Below, piece after piece: positions 9,652-18,856 of a DNA stretch of 64,000 nt. The DNA lies in IMG/VR virus record IMGVR_UViG_3300009093_000035, positions 124,001 to 188,000 of that record. One strand, 5' to 3'. The stretch's first letter is position 1; every line of letters starts with the position of its first letter. The notes beneath the pieces were generated by a model. It was not told the DNA's origin. It searched no databases and saw only the letters and a list, made by a program, of their open reading frames with translations. The translations under genes were made by a program, and so were the position numbers.

Positions 9652-9975
9652 TCAGAGATTGGGATCCGACTTCGTCCGCGCGCGAAGAAGACGCCGCGCC
9701 ATGTGACGAGACAAGGTGTCCCCGATCTGGGCCGTCTTGTCCCCGAACTTGTACGGGGGTGGGTGGCGCTCCATGTCCTGGACGATCTTCTCCATCGTCC
9801 CGAACGGAACCTCGTCTCTCAGGAGCTGCCAGATCAGGGAGGCGACCTGGTCCTCTACCTGCCTCATCGTGACGTTGGCGACTGCGATCGCCACATCTTT
9901 CGCTACTCGGGCCGCCACCGCAGCCCGGATACTTTTCGAACGGGCTTTCCTCGAACGAGTCTTCTTCATGGACAA
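9652..9975 (-). CDS. Hypothetical basic protein
   Basis: 107 aa in the minus-strand gene string. Confidence 0.55.
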   Translation of the reverse strand: MSMKKTRSRKARSKSIRAAVAARVAKDVAIAVANVTMRQVEDQVASLIWQLLRDEVPFGTMEKIVQDMERHPPPYKFGDKTAQIGDTLSRHMARRLLRARTKSDPNL

Positions 9976-9977
9976 CC

Positions 9978-10400
9978 CTACCTCGCGGAAAGAGCTTCCT
10001 GGTAGAGCATCTCGCCCTCCCAGACCTTCGTCTGATTCCGGTTCCAGGAGACGTCGCCCGTCTCTCCGACGCGGAAGACACAGGCCCAGCAGTTCCGGTT
10101 GTTCTTGTCGAAGATGTAACCAGGAGCCTCGACCGCCGAAGCGTGTAGCTCCTGATGGAACTTACCCTCCCAGGTCTTCTCCGCAGGAGCCTTCGAAGCC
10201 CCGAGAAGGAAGCGGTTGTTGAGACCGATGATCCGGGGAAAGTCCCGATCGGCCGTCAGGACTTCGGCTTTCCCGGTGTTCGGATCTACCCAGCGAGCGG
10301 CGCACAAACCGCACTCGCACCGGGTCCACCGTTCCAGGAGCCCGCGGATGTCTCCGCAGCGAGTGCAGTAGAGGAGCTTCAAGGATCTCCCTCTCGCCAC
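9978..10400 (-). CDS. Hypothetical Cys-motif protein
   Basis: CTRC...CECG; 140 aa. Confidence 0.65.
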   Translation of the reverse strand: MARGRSLKLLYCTRCGDIRGLLERWTRCECGLCAARWVDPNTGKAEVLTADRDFPRIIGLNNRFLLGASKAPAEKTWEGKFHQELHASAVEAPGYIFDKNNRNCWACVFRVGETGDVSWNRNQTKVWEGEMLYQEALSAR

Positions 10401-10723
10401 TCCGCCTTCACCCCGGCCTGGAACGAACTCCCCTGAATGTTGAGGTTCGTATGGAGAGGCAGGACGATAGAATCGGTGAAGAAGTAGGTCCCAGGAGCGA
10501 GTTGGACCGTGTCTCCGGAACGAGTGGCCTTCAGAGCCCCGTTCAAGGTACGGAAAGGCCTCTTCAGAGACCCTCGACGACCGGTCGAGTCATCCCCACG
10601 CGGGTCGGCCCAACACGTCTGAGGCCTACGGAGGTAGACCCATAGAGCGTAGAAGGTGTAGAAGACCCCAGCCAGACAGAGCGAGAGAGCGATGAGAAGT
10701 CCGCTCATCGCAGCTGGGACCAA
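10379..10723 (-). CDS. Membrane-anchored protein carrying a beta-helix N-cap motif (DUF1565-like)
   Basis: N-terminal TM helix, then GDDSTG..GSLKRPFRTLNGALKA..GDTVQLAPGTY. Confidence 0.6.
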   Translation of the reverse strand: MVPAAMSGLLIALSLCLAGVFYTFYALWVYLRRPQTCWADPRGDDSTGRRGSLKRPFRTLNGALKATRSGDTVQLAPGTYFFTDSIVLPLHTNLNIQGSSFQAGVKAEWREGDP

Positions 10724-10962
10724 CCGCGAAGGTTGACTCCCCTAGACCAACCCGGAGTCGGGTAGAGACGCGGACGCCCCATGACTCCCTGACGCTTCGA
10801 AGGCGGATTCATCGGGATCACCGGTCCGTGGGCGTTCACCGGCGTCGACCCGCAAGAGCGGCAGGTCGGGGTCGGGGGATAGATCCCATACCAGACCTCC
10901 GGAACGCAGACCTGACCGCCGCAGTTCCCGCACGTGCCTCTCAGATGTACGCCCATGACCAA
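10705..10962 (-). CDS. Small zinc-finger protein
   Basis: CGNC...CRSC. Confidence 0.55.
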   Translation of the reverse strand: MVMGVHLRGTCGNCGGQVCVPEVWYGIYPPTPTCRSCGSTPVNAHGPVIPMNPPSKRQGVMGRPRLYPTPGWSRGVNLRGWSQLR

Positions 10963-11010
10963 CTCGCTTTCTCGGGCCTAGCCCTACCTCGACTTTACGC
11001 CCGAGCACGA

Positions 11011-11280
11011 CTACTCGTCGATCCTCAAGGGGACCTTCGCCGAGACAATCGTCCCCAGAGGCCAGTGCTTCGGGTTCAATCTCAGAGCCTCCCCCGGCTC
11101 GAACCCGGCCTCCTCCTCCAAGTCCCCAGCGGCGCCCTCCCAGCGGCGCTCGCCGGTATCCTCGTCCTCGACGAGAGTGAACTCCCCACCGTTCTCGTAG
11201 GAGACCTTCTTGGGTCCCATCAGATACGGTGCTCCAGGAACTTCACCCTGATCTCCAGCTTCGCTGAACAGTCGGGGCAC
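11011..11280 (-). CDS. Hypothetical acidic protein (start uncertain, possibly near 11220)
   Basis: Minus-strand gene string. Confidence 0.45.
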   Translation of the reverse strand: MPRLFSEAGDQGEVPGAPYLMGPKKVSYENGGEFTLVEDEDTGERRWEGAAGDLEEEAGFEPGEALRLNPKHWPLGTIVSAKVPLRIDE

Positions 11281-11504
11281 GAGACGGTCGCATGAGTGGG
11301 GTCGATCTCGAAAGCCTTCTTCGGCTCGTCGCTCTTCAGGTCAGTCACGTCGATCAAGGACTCAACGCGAACCTTCTTCTGAAAGAAGTTGTGTTCGCCG
11401 TCGAACCAAGCGACGTGGGCGGTACGACAGTCCACTTCCTCGACCGTCATCACGGGTCCGCCGCTCTTCAACTGAACCTGATTGCCAGAAGTGATTTCGC
11501 TCAT
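11220..11504 (-). CDS. YodC/DUF2158-like protein
   Basis: GNQVQLKSGGPVMTV...AWFDG signature; start MSEIT at 11504 with GGAGG SD. Confidence 0.8.
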   Translation of the reverse strand: MSEITSGNQVQLKSGGPVMTVEEVDCRTAHVAWFDGEHNFFQKKVRVESLIDVTDLKSDEPKKAFEIDPTHATVSCPDCSAKLEIRVKFLEHRI

Positions 11505-11554
11505 GAGGAACCTCCGGCGGGACTCTACCTTCCGCCCATCGTAGAAAATCGCCT

Positions 11555-11569
11555 CGCTTGAGTGATTAT
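11555..11569 (+). promoter_or_regulatory. Putative late promoter motif CGCT-N7-TTAT
   Basis: 16 nt upstream of the ATG at 11586. Confidence 0.55.
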
Positions 11570-11585
11570 AGAGTCTCCGAAGGAT

Positions 11586-13046
11586 ATGGTGCCCCCTCGA
11601 AAACTCTTTCAAGCTATCGGCGCCACCCAGCAGAGCGCGCGAGACGCGATCGCCGCCATCGCGGCCTCCGACGTCGGTGGAAGCGCTCCTGGTCCCTGGG
11701 CCTCGGTCCTTTACGTCGACCAGGTTCGAGGAAACAACACCACCGCTCAGCGAGGGAACGAGAATTTCCCGTTCGCGACGATTCAGGCAGCACTCAACGC
11801 GATGCAAACCGACGACACGGTCATGCTCGCACCCCAGCTCTTCACGATCACCGCAACGCTCACGGTGCCGGCGACGGTCGTGCGCGGCAGTATCTGCGGA
11901 GTCGGGCCATCCGGCGATTACGGCAACCCAGCAACGAGCGGTCCACTGACTAAGCTCGTATCTACTACGACCGATCTTTGGAACTTCGGCGCGAATCTCG
12001 GCTTGACACAATGGGTCATGTCAAACTTCTCGATGCGCACAACCCTCGCGGGCTCTTCGTGCATCCTCGCCGACGGATCGTCATACGCAAAGGCGACGTT
12101 CTTCGGTGCCGGCGGCGGCCTGACCTTGCGGAGCATGGTGCTCCGCAGCGCCAACGGCGCAAACGTGATGAACGTGAAGTATGCCGTCGGCGTCCAGCTC
12201 TTCGACGTTTGGAACACGGGCGGGAACTACTTGTTCACTACCGGAGCGGCGGTGACACTCGACCAGTTCCGCGGGACAGGAACGACAGTCACCACGACCA
12301 ACGACTCGTCTGACCCGCTAGCGATAAGCAACCAATACGCACTACAGATCCAGAACGGTACTCACATCGGCACGAGCGCATTCGGCACTGGTGTCGTCAT
12401 CGGCGGACAGACGAGCCTCAATCAGGACGAGACCTCGATCATCGGTGTTCTGAGTGGCTCTTCACTCTCCGTAGTCGGCTCGGGCAAGCCCGCTTGTGTC
12501 TGCGACGGTTGGATCGGCTCGATCGACTTCGCGAGCGCGGGCAAGGAGATCCCCGACACCGCGCTAGTGCTCTCGTTCATCTTCCAGGGCGCGCGCCTTT
12601 ACCAGAACGGTTTCACCACCATTACACCTGGCGTGTTCAAGGCGAAGGTTGGTGGTTCGGCCGTGAACTTCCAGTCAATGAATATTGACTCTACGACCAC
12701 AGTGCCTGGCGCTACAATCACGGCGGACGCAGCGATTCACATCACAGGACGCGGCGCTCGCTGGCCGAACGTCACGCTCGCGACGCCCGGTACAACGGGC
12801 GACATCATCCCGCCGATCCTCGCTGGCGTGATCGACCTCTCGGCTGGCGGTGCCGTGGCGAAGACGTGGGTTCAGCTCGGTATCCCCGGGCTGATCCGTG
12901 TCGGCGCCGCTCCAAACGAAGCGTTCCTCACGCCGAACATCCGCGGGGCTGACGCCGCAATCACCGTGAAGTCAACCACTGGACTCACTTTCGATTCGGC
13001 AGCGGTCGCGAACAACGCCTGCAACTGGCAGGCCATCTGGAACTGA
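11586..13046 (+). CDS. Beta-helix (pectate-lyase-fold) spike/depolymerase-like protein
   Basis: YVDQVRGN..PFATIQAALNA..DTVMLAP beta-helix cap; G/T/S-rich body; AAGGA SD before the ATG at 11586. Confidence 0.75.
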   Translation: MVPPRKLFQAIGATQQSARDAIAAIAASDVGGSAPGPWASVLYVDQVRGNNTTAQRGNENFPFATIQAALNAMQTDDTVMLAPQLFTITATLTVPATVVRGSICGVGPSGDYGNPATSGPLTKLVSTTTDLWNFGANLGLTQWVMSNFSMRTTLAGSSCILADGSSYAKATFFGAGGGLTLRSMVLRSANGANVMNVKYAVGVQLFDVWNTGGNYLFTTGAAVTLDQFRGTGTTVTTTNDSSDPLAISNQYALQIQNGTHIGTSAFGTGVVIGGQTSLNQDETSIIGVLSGSSLSVVGSGKPACVCDGWIGSIDFASAGKEIPDTALVLSFIFQGARLYQNGFTTITPGVFKAKVGGSAVNFQSMNIDSTTTVPGATITADAAIHITGRGARWPNVTLATPGTTGDIIPPILAGVIDLSAGGAVAKTWVQLGIPGLIRVGAAPNEAFLTPNIRGADAAITVKSTTGLTFDSAAVANNACNWQAIWN

Positions 13047-13056
13047 GGAACTCTTC

Positions 13057-13449
13057 CTAGGGCCAGGTCGAGATCGCTCCAGCGTTGATCGCCAAGTGGA
13101 GCACGTTGTCCGCGAGGATCAATAACCACCCCGCTAGCCAGTCGGGCTTATCCTTCTTGTACCCGTGCCAGGCGGCCTCTCCCCACGGATACCGGTACGT
13201 GGCGGGAGCGATCTGGTTCTTCGCCCACACGAGGTACCGAGCGAGTCGGTAGCGGTCGATCAAGGCGTGGGTGATGCAGATCACTGCGAGCGCGATCGGA
13301 GACCGTGTCACGAGTAGGAAGGGGAGCGAGTAGACGACCGCATGCCAGAAGGCGACGAGAAGGCTCTTCGTCTTCTCCGAGGCCATGTGGTCCGTCTGGA
13401 GGAGATAGTCGCCCGTTCCGTGACAGATCAGAACCCAGAGTCCTAGCAT
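13057..13449 (-). CDS. DUF3307-family membrane protein
   Basis: HGTGDYLLQT..MA..K, HAVVY, THALIDR, DNVLH pattern. Confidence 0.85.
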   Translation of the reverse strand: MLGLWVLICHGTGDYLLQTDHMASEKTKSLLVAFWHAVVYSLPFLLVTRSPIALAVICITHALIDRYRLARYLVWAKNQIAPATYRYPWGEAAWHGYKKDKPDWLAGWLLILADNVLHLAINAGAISTWP

Positions 13450-13466
13450 CCACTACGGTACCGAGA

Positions 13467-13889
13467 TCACTCCCACCTCACCCGACCCGGAACAGAAGGG
13501 ACCCAGACCGGAAGGCCGTACGAGAGCCGGTTCTGGTCGACGTGGTAGTTGTTGACCCACTGGTAGATAGGCTTGTCGAGCCCGCCTCTCTCGTACACCT
13601 TCCCCATCGACTTGAACGCCCCTCGGAACAGTCTCTTGAAGACGCCTTCGGCGTCCACCTTGTTCTGCTCTTCTTCCCCAGATACGTTGAAGAGAAGACG
13701 GTTCCGGACGCCTGTCTTCGGGCAGACGAAGTGCCACTCGCCCTCCACCCAATAGTCGCCCTCGGTACATCCGGATGGGCTCACATACCAATGGGTCGCG
13801 ATCGCGTCGAGAGATCCGACCTGGTGGTGGCCGTAACAGGACATGCACCGAATCGTCTTCTGACTCGGGTCCGCCTTCGGGTCGCTCAT
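13467..13889 (-). CDS. Hypothetical protein
   Basis: 140 aa, ATGA overlap with the upstream gene. Confidence 0.65.
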   Translation of the reverse strand: MSDPKADPSQKTIRCMSCYGHHQVGSLDAIATHWYVSPSGCTEGDYWVEGEWHFVCPKTGVRNRLLFNVSGEEEQNKVDAEGVFKRLFRGAFKSMGKVYERGGLDKPIYQWVNNYHVDQNRLSYGLPVWVPSVPGRVRWE

Positions 13890-14197
13890 ACGAGGGAGAC
13901 CTCCTTCGAGGTCTCGAAGGCCTCGTCGAATCCGGCCGAGTCATTCACCACGACCCAGAAGCCGGTTCGAAGGGTCGGACCGTCGGCCTCGCAGTTGTAG
14001 CAGTCCGCCCCGGCCCCGAAGCGTCTCGTATCAGCTCCGGAACACCAGGCGATCAGGGACTCCTTGAAGTGGGAGAACACGATCTTCCCCTCGTGGACGC
14101 ACCACCAGGCGCCGATGTGGATGTCGGCATGGTAGATCGAGGAGCAGTCGTTCGGCCCCCTCCACCACACCTGGACTCCTTCGACGTTCTCGGTCAT
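13886..14197 (-). CDS. Hypothetical protein
   Basis: 103 aa, ATGA overlap. Confidence 0.6.
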   Translation of the reverse strand: MTENVEGVQVWWRGPNDCSSIYHADIHIGAWWCVHEGKIVFSHFKESLIAWCSGADTRRFGAGADCYNCEADGPTLRTGFWVVVNDSAGFDEAFETSKEVSLV

Positions 14198-14457
14198 GCG
14201 CGTCTCCTTCTCCGAGAGATCTCCCGTTCGATCCGCTTCAGGTACTTCTGGTTGCCGTAGTAGACCTCCTCCAGCTCAGAGAGACTGAGCGTCTTCCACA
14301 TCAGGAACTGGAAGACCTTCTCTCGGGTGTCGGCGGGATTCCGCCCGAGACGAAGGAGGTCTCTCGCGATAGTAGCCGGCTCGGTCAACGAGGGATCGTG
14401 AGGAGGGTCGTACCTACGCGGACGAATCGGACGCTCGGTCTTCTTGGGTCTCTCCAT
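14194..14457 (-). CDS. Hypothetical protein
   Basis: 87 aa in the coupled gene string. Confidence 0.55.
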   Translation of the reverse strand: MERPKKTERPIRPRRYDPPHDPSLTEPATIARDLLRLGRNPADTREKVFQFLMWKTLSLSELEEVYYGNQKYLKRIEREISRRRRRA

Positions 14458-14462
14458 CCGAA

Positions 14463-14738
14463 CTACCTCTCACATCCCAGGCTCTCCGGTCGGAACTCGA
14501 CTACGTGAGGACGAACCTCGCACGTATGAGTCGACCAACACACGAAGTAGCCGACCTCGAAGAAGAGCGAAGCAGTCAGAAAGAACAAGACGAGCTTCCA
14601 TCTCTCGAAGGCGATCGCCCACCTCTCCTGGAGCGTGGGAGAGACGGCCCGCGTCGGAGCCCCTTCGAGAACCGAAGTGGTTCGTAGATCTGATTCCCAA
14701 TACTCTCGGTCCATGGCTACCCGTTCCGGAAAGGACAA
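14463..14738 (-). CDS. Hypothetical membrane protein
   Basis: One hydrophobic segment. Confidence 0.5.
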   Translation of the reverse strand: MSFPERVAMDREYWESDLRTTSVLEGAPTRAVSPTLQERWAIAFERWKLVLFFLTASLFFEVGYFVCWSTHTCEVRPHVVEFRPESLGCER

Positions 14739-14989
14739 GAAGGGGGAGGAGCCTCGGACGAGTCGACGGAGAAGCCCCCACCCACGGGATGGTCGCAGCG
14801 GCTCTTAGACGTCCGGTCGGGGTACTGGACTGTATCACAGAAGTAGCACTGGTCGCAAGTCCCCGGGACTACGACGGGGAGCTTACTCGTGTCGATCCCG
14901 AAGTCCTCGGCGGTTTCCCGCGACATCAGGATGAAGTCCCCTCGGAGGCGGTTCTGGTTGAGGAGCTTCCTCAGCTTCACGAAGCTCAT
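14717..14989 (-). CDS. Hypothetical Cys-rich protein
   Basis: CDQCYFC...CDHP...CPF; GGCGTAA 8 nt upstream. Confidence 0.6.
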   Translation of the reverse strand: MSFVKLRKLLNQNRLRGDFILMSRETAEDFGIDTSKLPVVVPGTCDQCYFCDTVQYPDRTSKSRCDHPVGGGFSVDSSEAPPPSCPFRNG

Positions 14990-15004
14990 GGACGACCTTA
15001 CGCC

Positions 15005-15259
15005 TCAGCGACCCCACACGATCGAGCCGATCAATCCCCGCCGGCCGGTGACTTGGTTGTTTCCATGGACCTCGACCGAAGGAGGGACGTTCTCCGACCC
15101 GCCGCCATACGACGAGACGCCCCCGTAACCCCTCATGCTCATCTCGGCCTGGACGTCCTGCATGTAGACGCCTTCCGGGGCGGAGAGGGTGCCTCCCTCT
15201 CGTTCGAGGCGATCGACCAGGTTGGAGGCCTCTTGGACCTGTTGAACTCGGGTCTTCAT
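15005..15259 (-). CDS. Hypothetical protein
   Basis: 84 aa, ATGA-coupled. Confidence 0.5.
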   Translation of the reverse strand: MKTRVQQVQEASNLVDRLEREGGTLSAPEGVYMQDVQAEMSMRGYGGVSSYGGGSENVPPSVEVHGNNQVTGRRGLIGSIVWGR

Positions 15260-15522
15260 GGGGACCTCTCTTCGCCTCGGAGACCGGAGGCGATCAGCTT
15301 CTGATAGGCCAAAACCTCTTCTACGTTCTCGTAAGAGAGATCGAGCCCGTACTCCCCCGGAGGAGCGAAGTCCACGAACTCGGACCCTCGATACATCCGA
15401 TCGAACGAGCGCGACTGCTTCGCATTCTTCAATCGGATCTTCCCGCTTTCGAAGTCGTTGGCCAACTCCCTCAGCAAGGAAACGATCATTTCTTTGGTCT
15501 TCGGTTCGGCGGGATCGCTCAT
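15256..15522 (-). CDS. Hypothetical protein
   Basis: 88 aa. Confidence 0.6.
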   Translation of the reverse strand: MSDPAEPKTKEMIVSLLRELANDFESGKIRLKNAKQSRSFDRMYRGSEFVDFAPPGEYGLDLSYENVEEVLAYQKLIASGLRGEERSP

Positions 15523-15544
15523 AACCTACACTACCGAGGGGCCC

Positions 15545-15892
15545 CTAGTCCGTCCGACGGGCGAACATCTCGGTACACTTTTCCGAGTTGCACCCCTCCG
15601 CCTGGCACCCGAGATTGTGGGCGCTGAAATCGTGATCCTGGCAGGAGTGGCCGCACTCGCAGATCTTGTCCTCGGACTCGGGATGGAACACCGGGATCCC
15701 GCACTTGCAGATCACCTTACTCCAGTCGTAGGGCTCCAAAGGCTTGGGTTGGATCTCCACCTTGATCTCGTACGTCCCCGGTTCGACCCCGGCGCTCTCC
15801 GGAAGAACGAGTACGACTCGACTCGCCACTACCCGAGGAAACTCACCTACGTTCGCTCGTAGCGCCTCGAACAGCTTACGGGACTTCGGCAT
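15545..15892 (-). CDS. Hypothetical Cys/His-rich protein
   Basis: CKCG..CECGHSCQDH..C..C..C. Confidence 0.6.
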   Translation of the reverse strand: MPKSRKLFEALRANVGEFPRVVASRVVLVLPESAGVEPGTYEIKVEIQPKPLEPYDWSKVICKCGIPVFHPESEDKICECGHSCQDHDFSAHNLGCQAEGCNSEKCTEMFARRTD

Positions 15893-16096
15893 GAGAGGGT
15901 TACTCCTCGCGCTCCGACCAGATCACGTAGGGACCCTGTCCGCTCGACTGTAGGACCACCCACCCTAGCCTCGGGGCATGGGCGAGCCCCGTCGGGACGC
16001 CCGACTCCGACTCAGCGCGAGCGAGCGCTACGGCGTCCGGAGGTGCCCCACAGGAGTTCCACCGCTCGGGCGGGACGAGGGACTCTTCGAGGTCGG

Positions 16097-16369
16097 TCAT
16101 GGAACCAGCCTCAATCTCCGCTTCCGGACGTGTCTCGTAGATTCGTCGGGGCCTGAACGACGATTCCAATCCTCTTGAGGAGAGTTCGAGATCGGTCCTC
16201 TGGCTCCGCATCGAAGGCATTCCACCTGACGGTTGCCCACTACGTCATGAGCGAGTCCCAGCTTCATGTCGTCATCCACTTGTCCGCAGAAAGGACAAGC
16301 CGCTAGGGAAAGGGTCTTCAACCGACGAAGAGCCTTCGCTTCCTCCCGAGTAGGGTGACGGTCAGCCAC
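16097..16369 (-). CDS. Lar-like (restriction alleviation) zinc-ribbon protein
   Basis: ACPFCG...VECLRCGARGP...WNRR matches the Lar family pattern. Confidence 0.7.
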   Translation of the reverse strand: MADRHPTREEAKALRRLKTLSLAACPFCGQVDDDMKLGLAHDVVGNRQVECLRCGARGPISNSPQEDWNRRSGPDESTRHVRKRRLRLVP

Positions 16370-16389
16370 GGGAGACCTTTACGCCCGAG

Positions 16390-16704
16390 CTACTGGGCGT
16401 ACTCACCTACGCTCACCAGGGCGAGGCCTACGAGCCCCAAGGCGACCCCGAACCAGCTGAGAGGGGAAAGCCGTTCCCCGAAGAACCAGGCCCCCGCGAG
16501 CGCCCCGAGGACGTACGTCAGGACCCCGTAGACCGCGACCATCTTCGTGAGCGAAGCTCCTCGTTGGCCGAGAAGGACGGCCCAGGCCGCTCCGCAGATC
16601 CCATACACGAAGAACGCGACCCAGGGCCGGGAGGCGCGAGCCGAGACGTCCGCAATCATGTTGAAGAGAACGAGGACGACGACGTAGGCGGGCCAGTACC
16701 TCAT
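16390..16704 (-). CDS. SMR/DMT-superfamily four-TM membrane protein
   Basis: 104 aa, four hydrophobic helices, FFGERLSPLSWFGVALGLVG terminal signature. Confidence 0.8.
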   Translation of the reverse strand: MRYWPAYVVVLVLFNMIADVSARASRPWVAFFVYGICGAAWAVLLGQRGASLTKMVAVYGVLTYVLGALAGAWFFGERLSPLSWFGVALGLVGLALVSVGEYAQ

Positions 16705-16907
16705 TCAGTCCTTCAGAGCGTTCAAGACGCGGGAGATCTGCCACTTCGAGTGATCGGCGTCCGGGTACTCCTGGATCATGTGATCCAACATGAGGCGGAG
16801 CGCTTCCCGTTCTTTCGGATCCGCCCGGCACAGCGCGACCATCGTCTCGTCACTCACCTTCGTGAGAGAGTCCGGAGAGAACTCGGCACTCTTCCGCTTC
16901 ATTCGAG

Positions 16908-17435
16908 TCACCGGGCCGCCGCCCGGAGACAATGCTCTACGAAGTCGGAAGGCGGGCGAACGGCGTGCTTCTCGATGTAGTGGGCGAAGCCCTCGGGCCA
17001 GACGTAGGAGTCGTCGGTGAGGTCGGCCGAACCGTTCCGTACGCCGCACATCCTACAGTCCGACCATCCTCGGTACTGAGAAGCCGTCTTCCCGCCCCGG
17101 ACGTAGCTGAGGACGATCTCCCGTTCCGAGGCGTCCCAAGTCGGGTCTACGCTCGTCTCTACGGCCGGAAGGTCCATCTCCCCCGAGCCCTCGTAGATCC
17201 CCCACGAGGCCGGTACGGGCTTCCAGAAGCCGACCTTCGGTAGGCTCGCGAGTCTCTCGTTCCGCGCTCGGATCTTCGCGATCTCCGCGTCGGCCGGGAG
17301 CGCGTACTGATCCAACCCCCCTCGGGTCATCCTGATCACGCTCGCTTGCCTACCCACCAGAAGCGGGAGGAGAAACGGACGAAGCTCGGGCTTCGAGTGA
17401 GCCAGCCGGATCGTCTTCGATCGGAGATCGGTCAT
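16908..17435 (-). CDS. Tagged protein (LRSKTIRLAHSKPELR) with C-terminal CxxC...WPEG..HY..H domain; putative head cargo
   Basis: N-terminal tag ending in RQAS; late motif upstream. Confidence 0.8.
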   Translation of the reverse strand: MTDLRSKTIRLAHSKPELRPFLLPLLVGRQASVIRMTRGGLDQYALPADAEIAKIRARNERLASLPKVGFWKPVPASWGIYEGSGEMDLPAVETSVDPTWDASEREIVLSYVRGGKTASQYRGWSDCRMCGVRNGSADLTDDSYVWPEGFAHYIEKHAVRPPSDFVEHCLRAAAR

Positions 17436-17451
17436 CTAACCCAGAGAGCCG

Positions 17452-17466
17452 ATAGGAGCCTCAGCG
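17452..17466 (-). promoter_or_regulatory. Putative late promoter motif CGCT-N7-CTAT
   Basis: 16 nt upstream of the ATG at 17435. Confidence 0.55.
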
Positions 17467-17662
17467 GTCGGTATCAAACCGAGTCGGTTCAGCGCCGTCA
17501 AGTAGTCCCGTTCGGACAGTCCAAGCCACTCCTGCAAAGAAATGAACGCGCTGGAAGGCTCGTTGAACCAGTCGTCCACGGCGTCCTCGATCTCCCAGAA
17601 ACGATAGAGGCTGAACGCCCCGGCCTTGTGCACAAGCATTTCGCTACCTCATAGGGAGTGGG

Positions 17663-18847
17663 CTACAGGCCGAGCTTCGTCAACCGCTCTTCCGGAACGC
17701 CTGAAACGTCGAGGATGCCCCATACCGCCGCGGGACGAACACCACCGTCCGGCATGGAGGCGACCGCCCCGAGTCCCCCGAGGAAGCGCATCTGGAACTC
17801 CTGGCCCAGGTAGTCCCACTTGACCGGGACGGCGCTAACCTGCGAAGGAAAGTCGCTTGGATTCGGACCGCTCATGCCGGGACTACGTCGCTCCGGCTTG
17901 GACTCGTTCCTCATTCTCGCGAGCAACGCCGCGAGACGCTCTCCTTCGAGCATCCAGTTGCGCTTGAGGCCCACCTTGTAATCTCGCAGGAAGGGATAGA
18001 AGACCGCGACCCATCCGTTGACGAACGGGCCTCCGCTACCACCCCCCTCGGCGTAGAAGGAGCGCCAGAACTTGACGTCGATCGAGCCCGTCGCGGTCTC
18101 CACGAGCTTCTTGCAGACGCTCTGCAGCGGATCGAGCCACCAGGCGAGGTCTCCGAACTCCCGGAGGTTCTCGACGCGAGTGAGGATCGACTCCCAATCG
18201 CCCACCTCGCCTTCGAGGGTGATCTTCGGGAAGCCGCACATGGTCGTCATCCCGTAGTCGAAGTATTTCGACATCGCATCCATGAGGATGATCTCGCTGC
18301 AAGCCTTCTCCACGACCCCCGTCGTCGAGAAGTCGCACACGAGCAGGTCGCGCTTCTTACCGATGTACCCCTCGATCTGCCGAGAGAAGTCACCGAAGAG
18401 ACGCGTCCAGTCGTTGGAAGGAGACCCCTTCACGAAGTCGTGAGCCTCGACCTCGATGAACTGCTTACCCTCGAACTTCACGAACTGGTCTCGAAGCTCC
18501 TCCGCGTTCATCTTCACGTGCTGTGCGAAGCCGTGGGCGATCGCCATCCAGACGTGATCCGGCGAGAGACTCAGGGGAAGATGCAGGTTGTACGCGGCAC
18601 CGACCGCTCCGATCAGAGCGCTGGACGAAGACCAGCGATGTACGAGGAGATCCGATGCCCCCTCGACCCTCACGGTCGGTCGCTCCAGATCCGGACTCCG
18701 AAGCTCCGTAACTCTTCCGAGTCGGAGCCCGCCTTGAGGACGACCCTGGGTCTCGTACGTCTCCCGGAGCTTCGCCGCGTACGGGACGATCTCCAAGCGA
18801 CTGAGATCGTCCGGTTTCACGTCATCGAGTCGAAAGCTTTGAACCAT
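17663..18847 (-). CDS. DUF4419-family protein
   Basis: LSPDHVWMAI, DFSTT, MSKYFDY..MCGFPKITLEG..DW, GSGGPFVNGW motifs. Confidence 0.85.
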   Translation of the reverse strand: MVQSFRLDDVKPDDLSRLEIVPYAAKLRETYETQGRPQGGLRLGRVTELRSPDLERPTVRVEGASDLLVHRWSSSSALIGAVGAAYNLHLPLSLSPDHVWMAIAHGFAQHVKMNAEELRDQFVKFEGKQFIEVEAHDFVKGSPSNDWTRLFGDFSRQIEGYIGKKRDLLVCDFSTTGVVEKACSEIILMDAMSKYFDYGMTTMCGFPKITLEGEVGDWESILTRVENLREFGDLAWWLDPLQSVCKKLVETATGSIDVKFWRSFYAEGGGSGGPFVNGWVAVFYPFLRDYKVGLKRNWMLEGERLAALLARMRNESKPERRSPGMSGPNPSDFPSQVSAVPVKWDYLGQEFQMRFLGGLGAVASMPDGGVRPAAVWGILDVSGVPEERLTKLGL

Positions 18848-18856
18848 AGCTCAAGC

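Noticed and set aside
9536-11675. Invertible shufflon between the two inverted PRKLFQAIG copies
   Set aside because: The copies differ at many synonymous sites, no recombinase gene is nearby, and inversion would not swap C-termini in a useful way.
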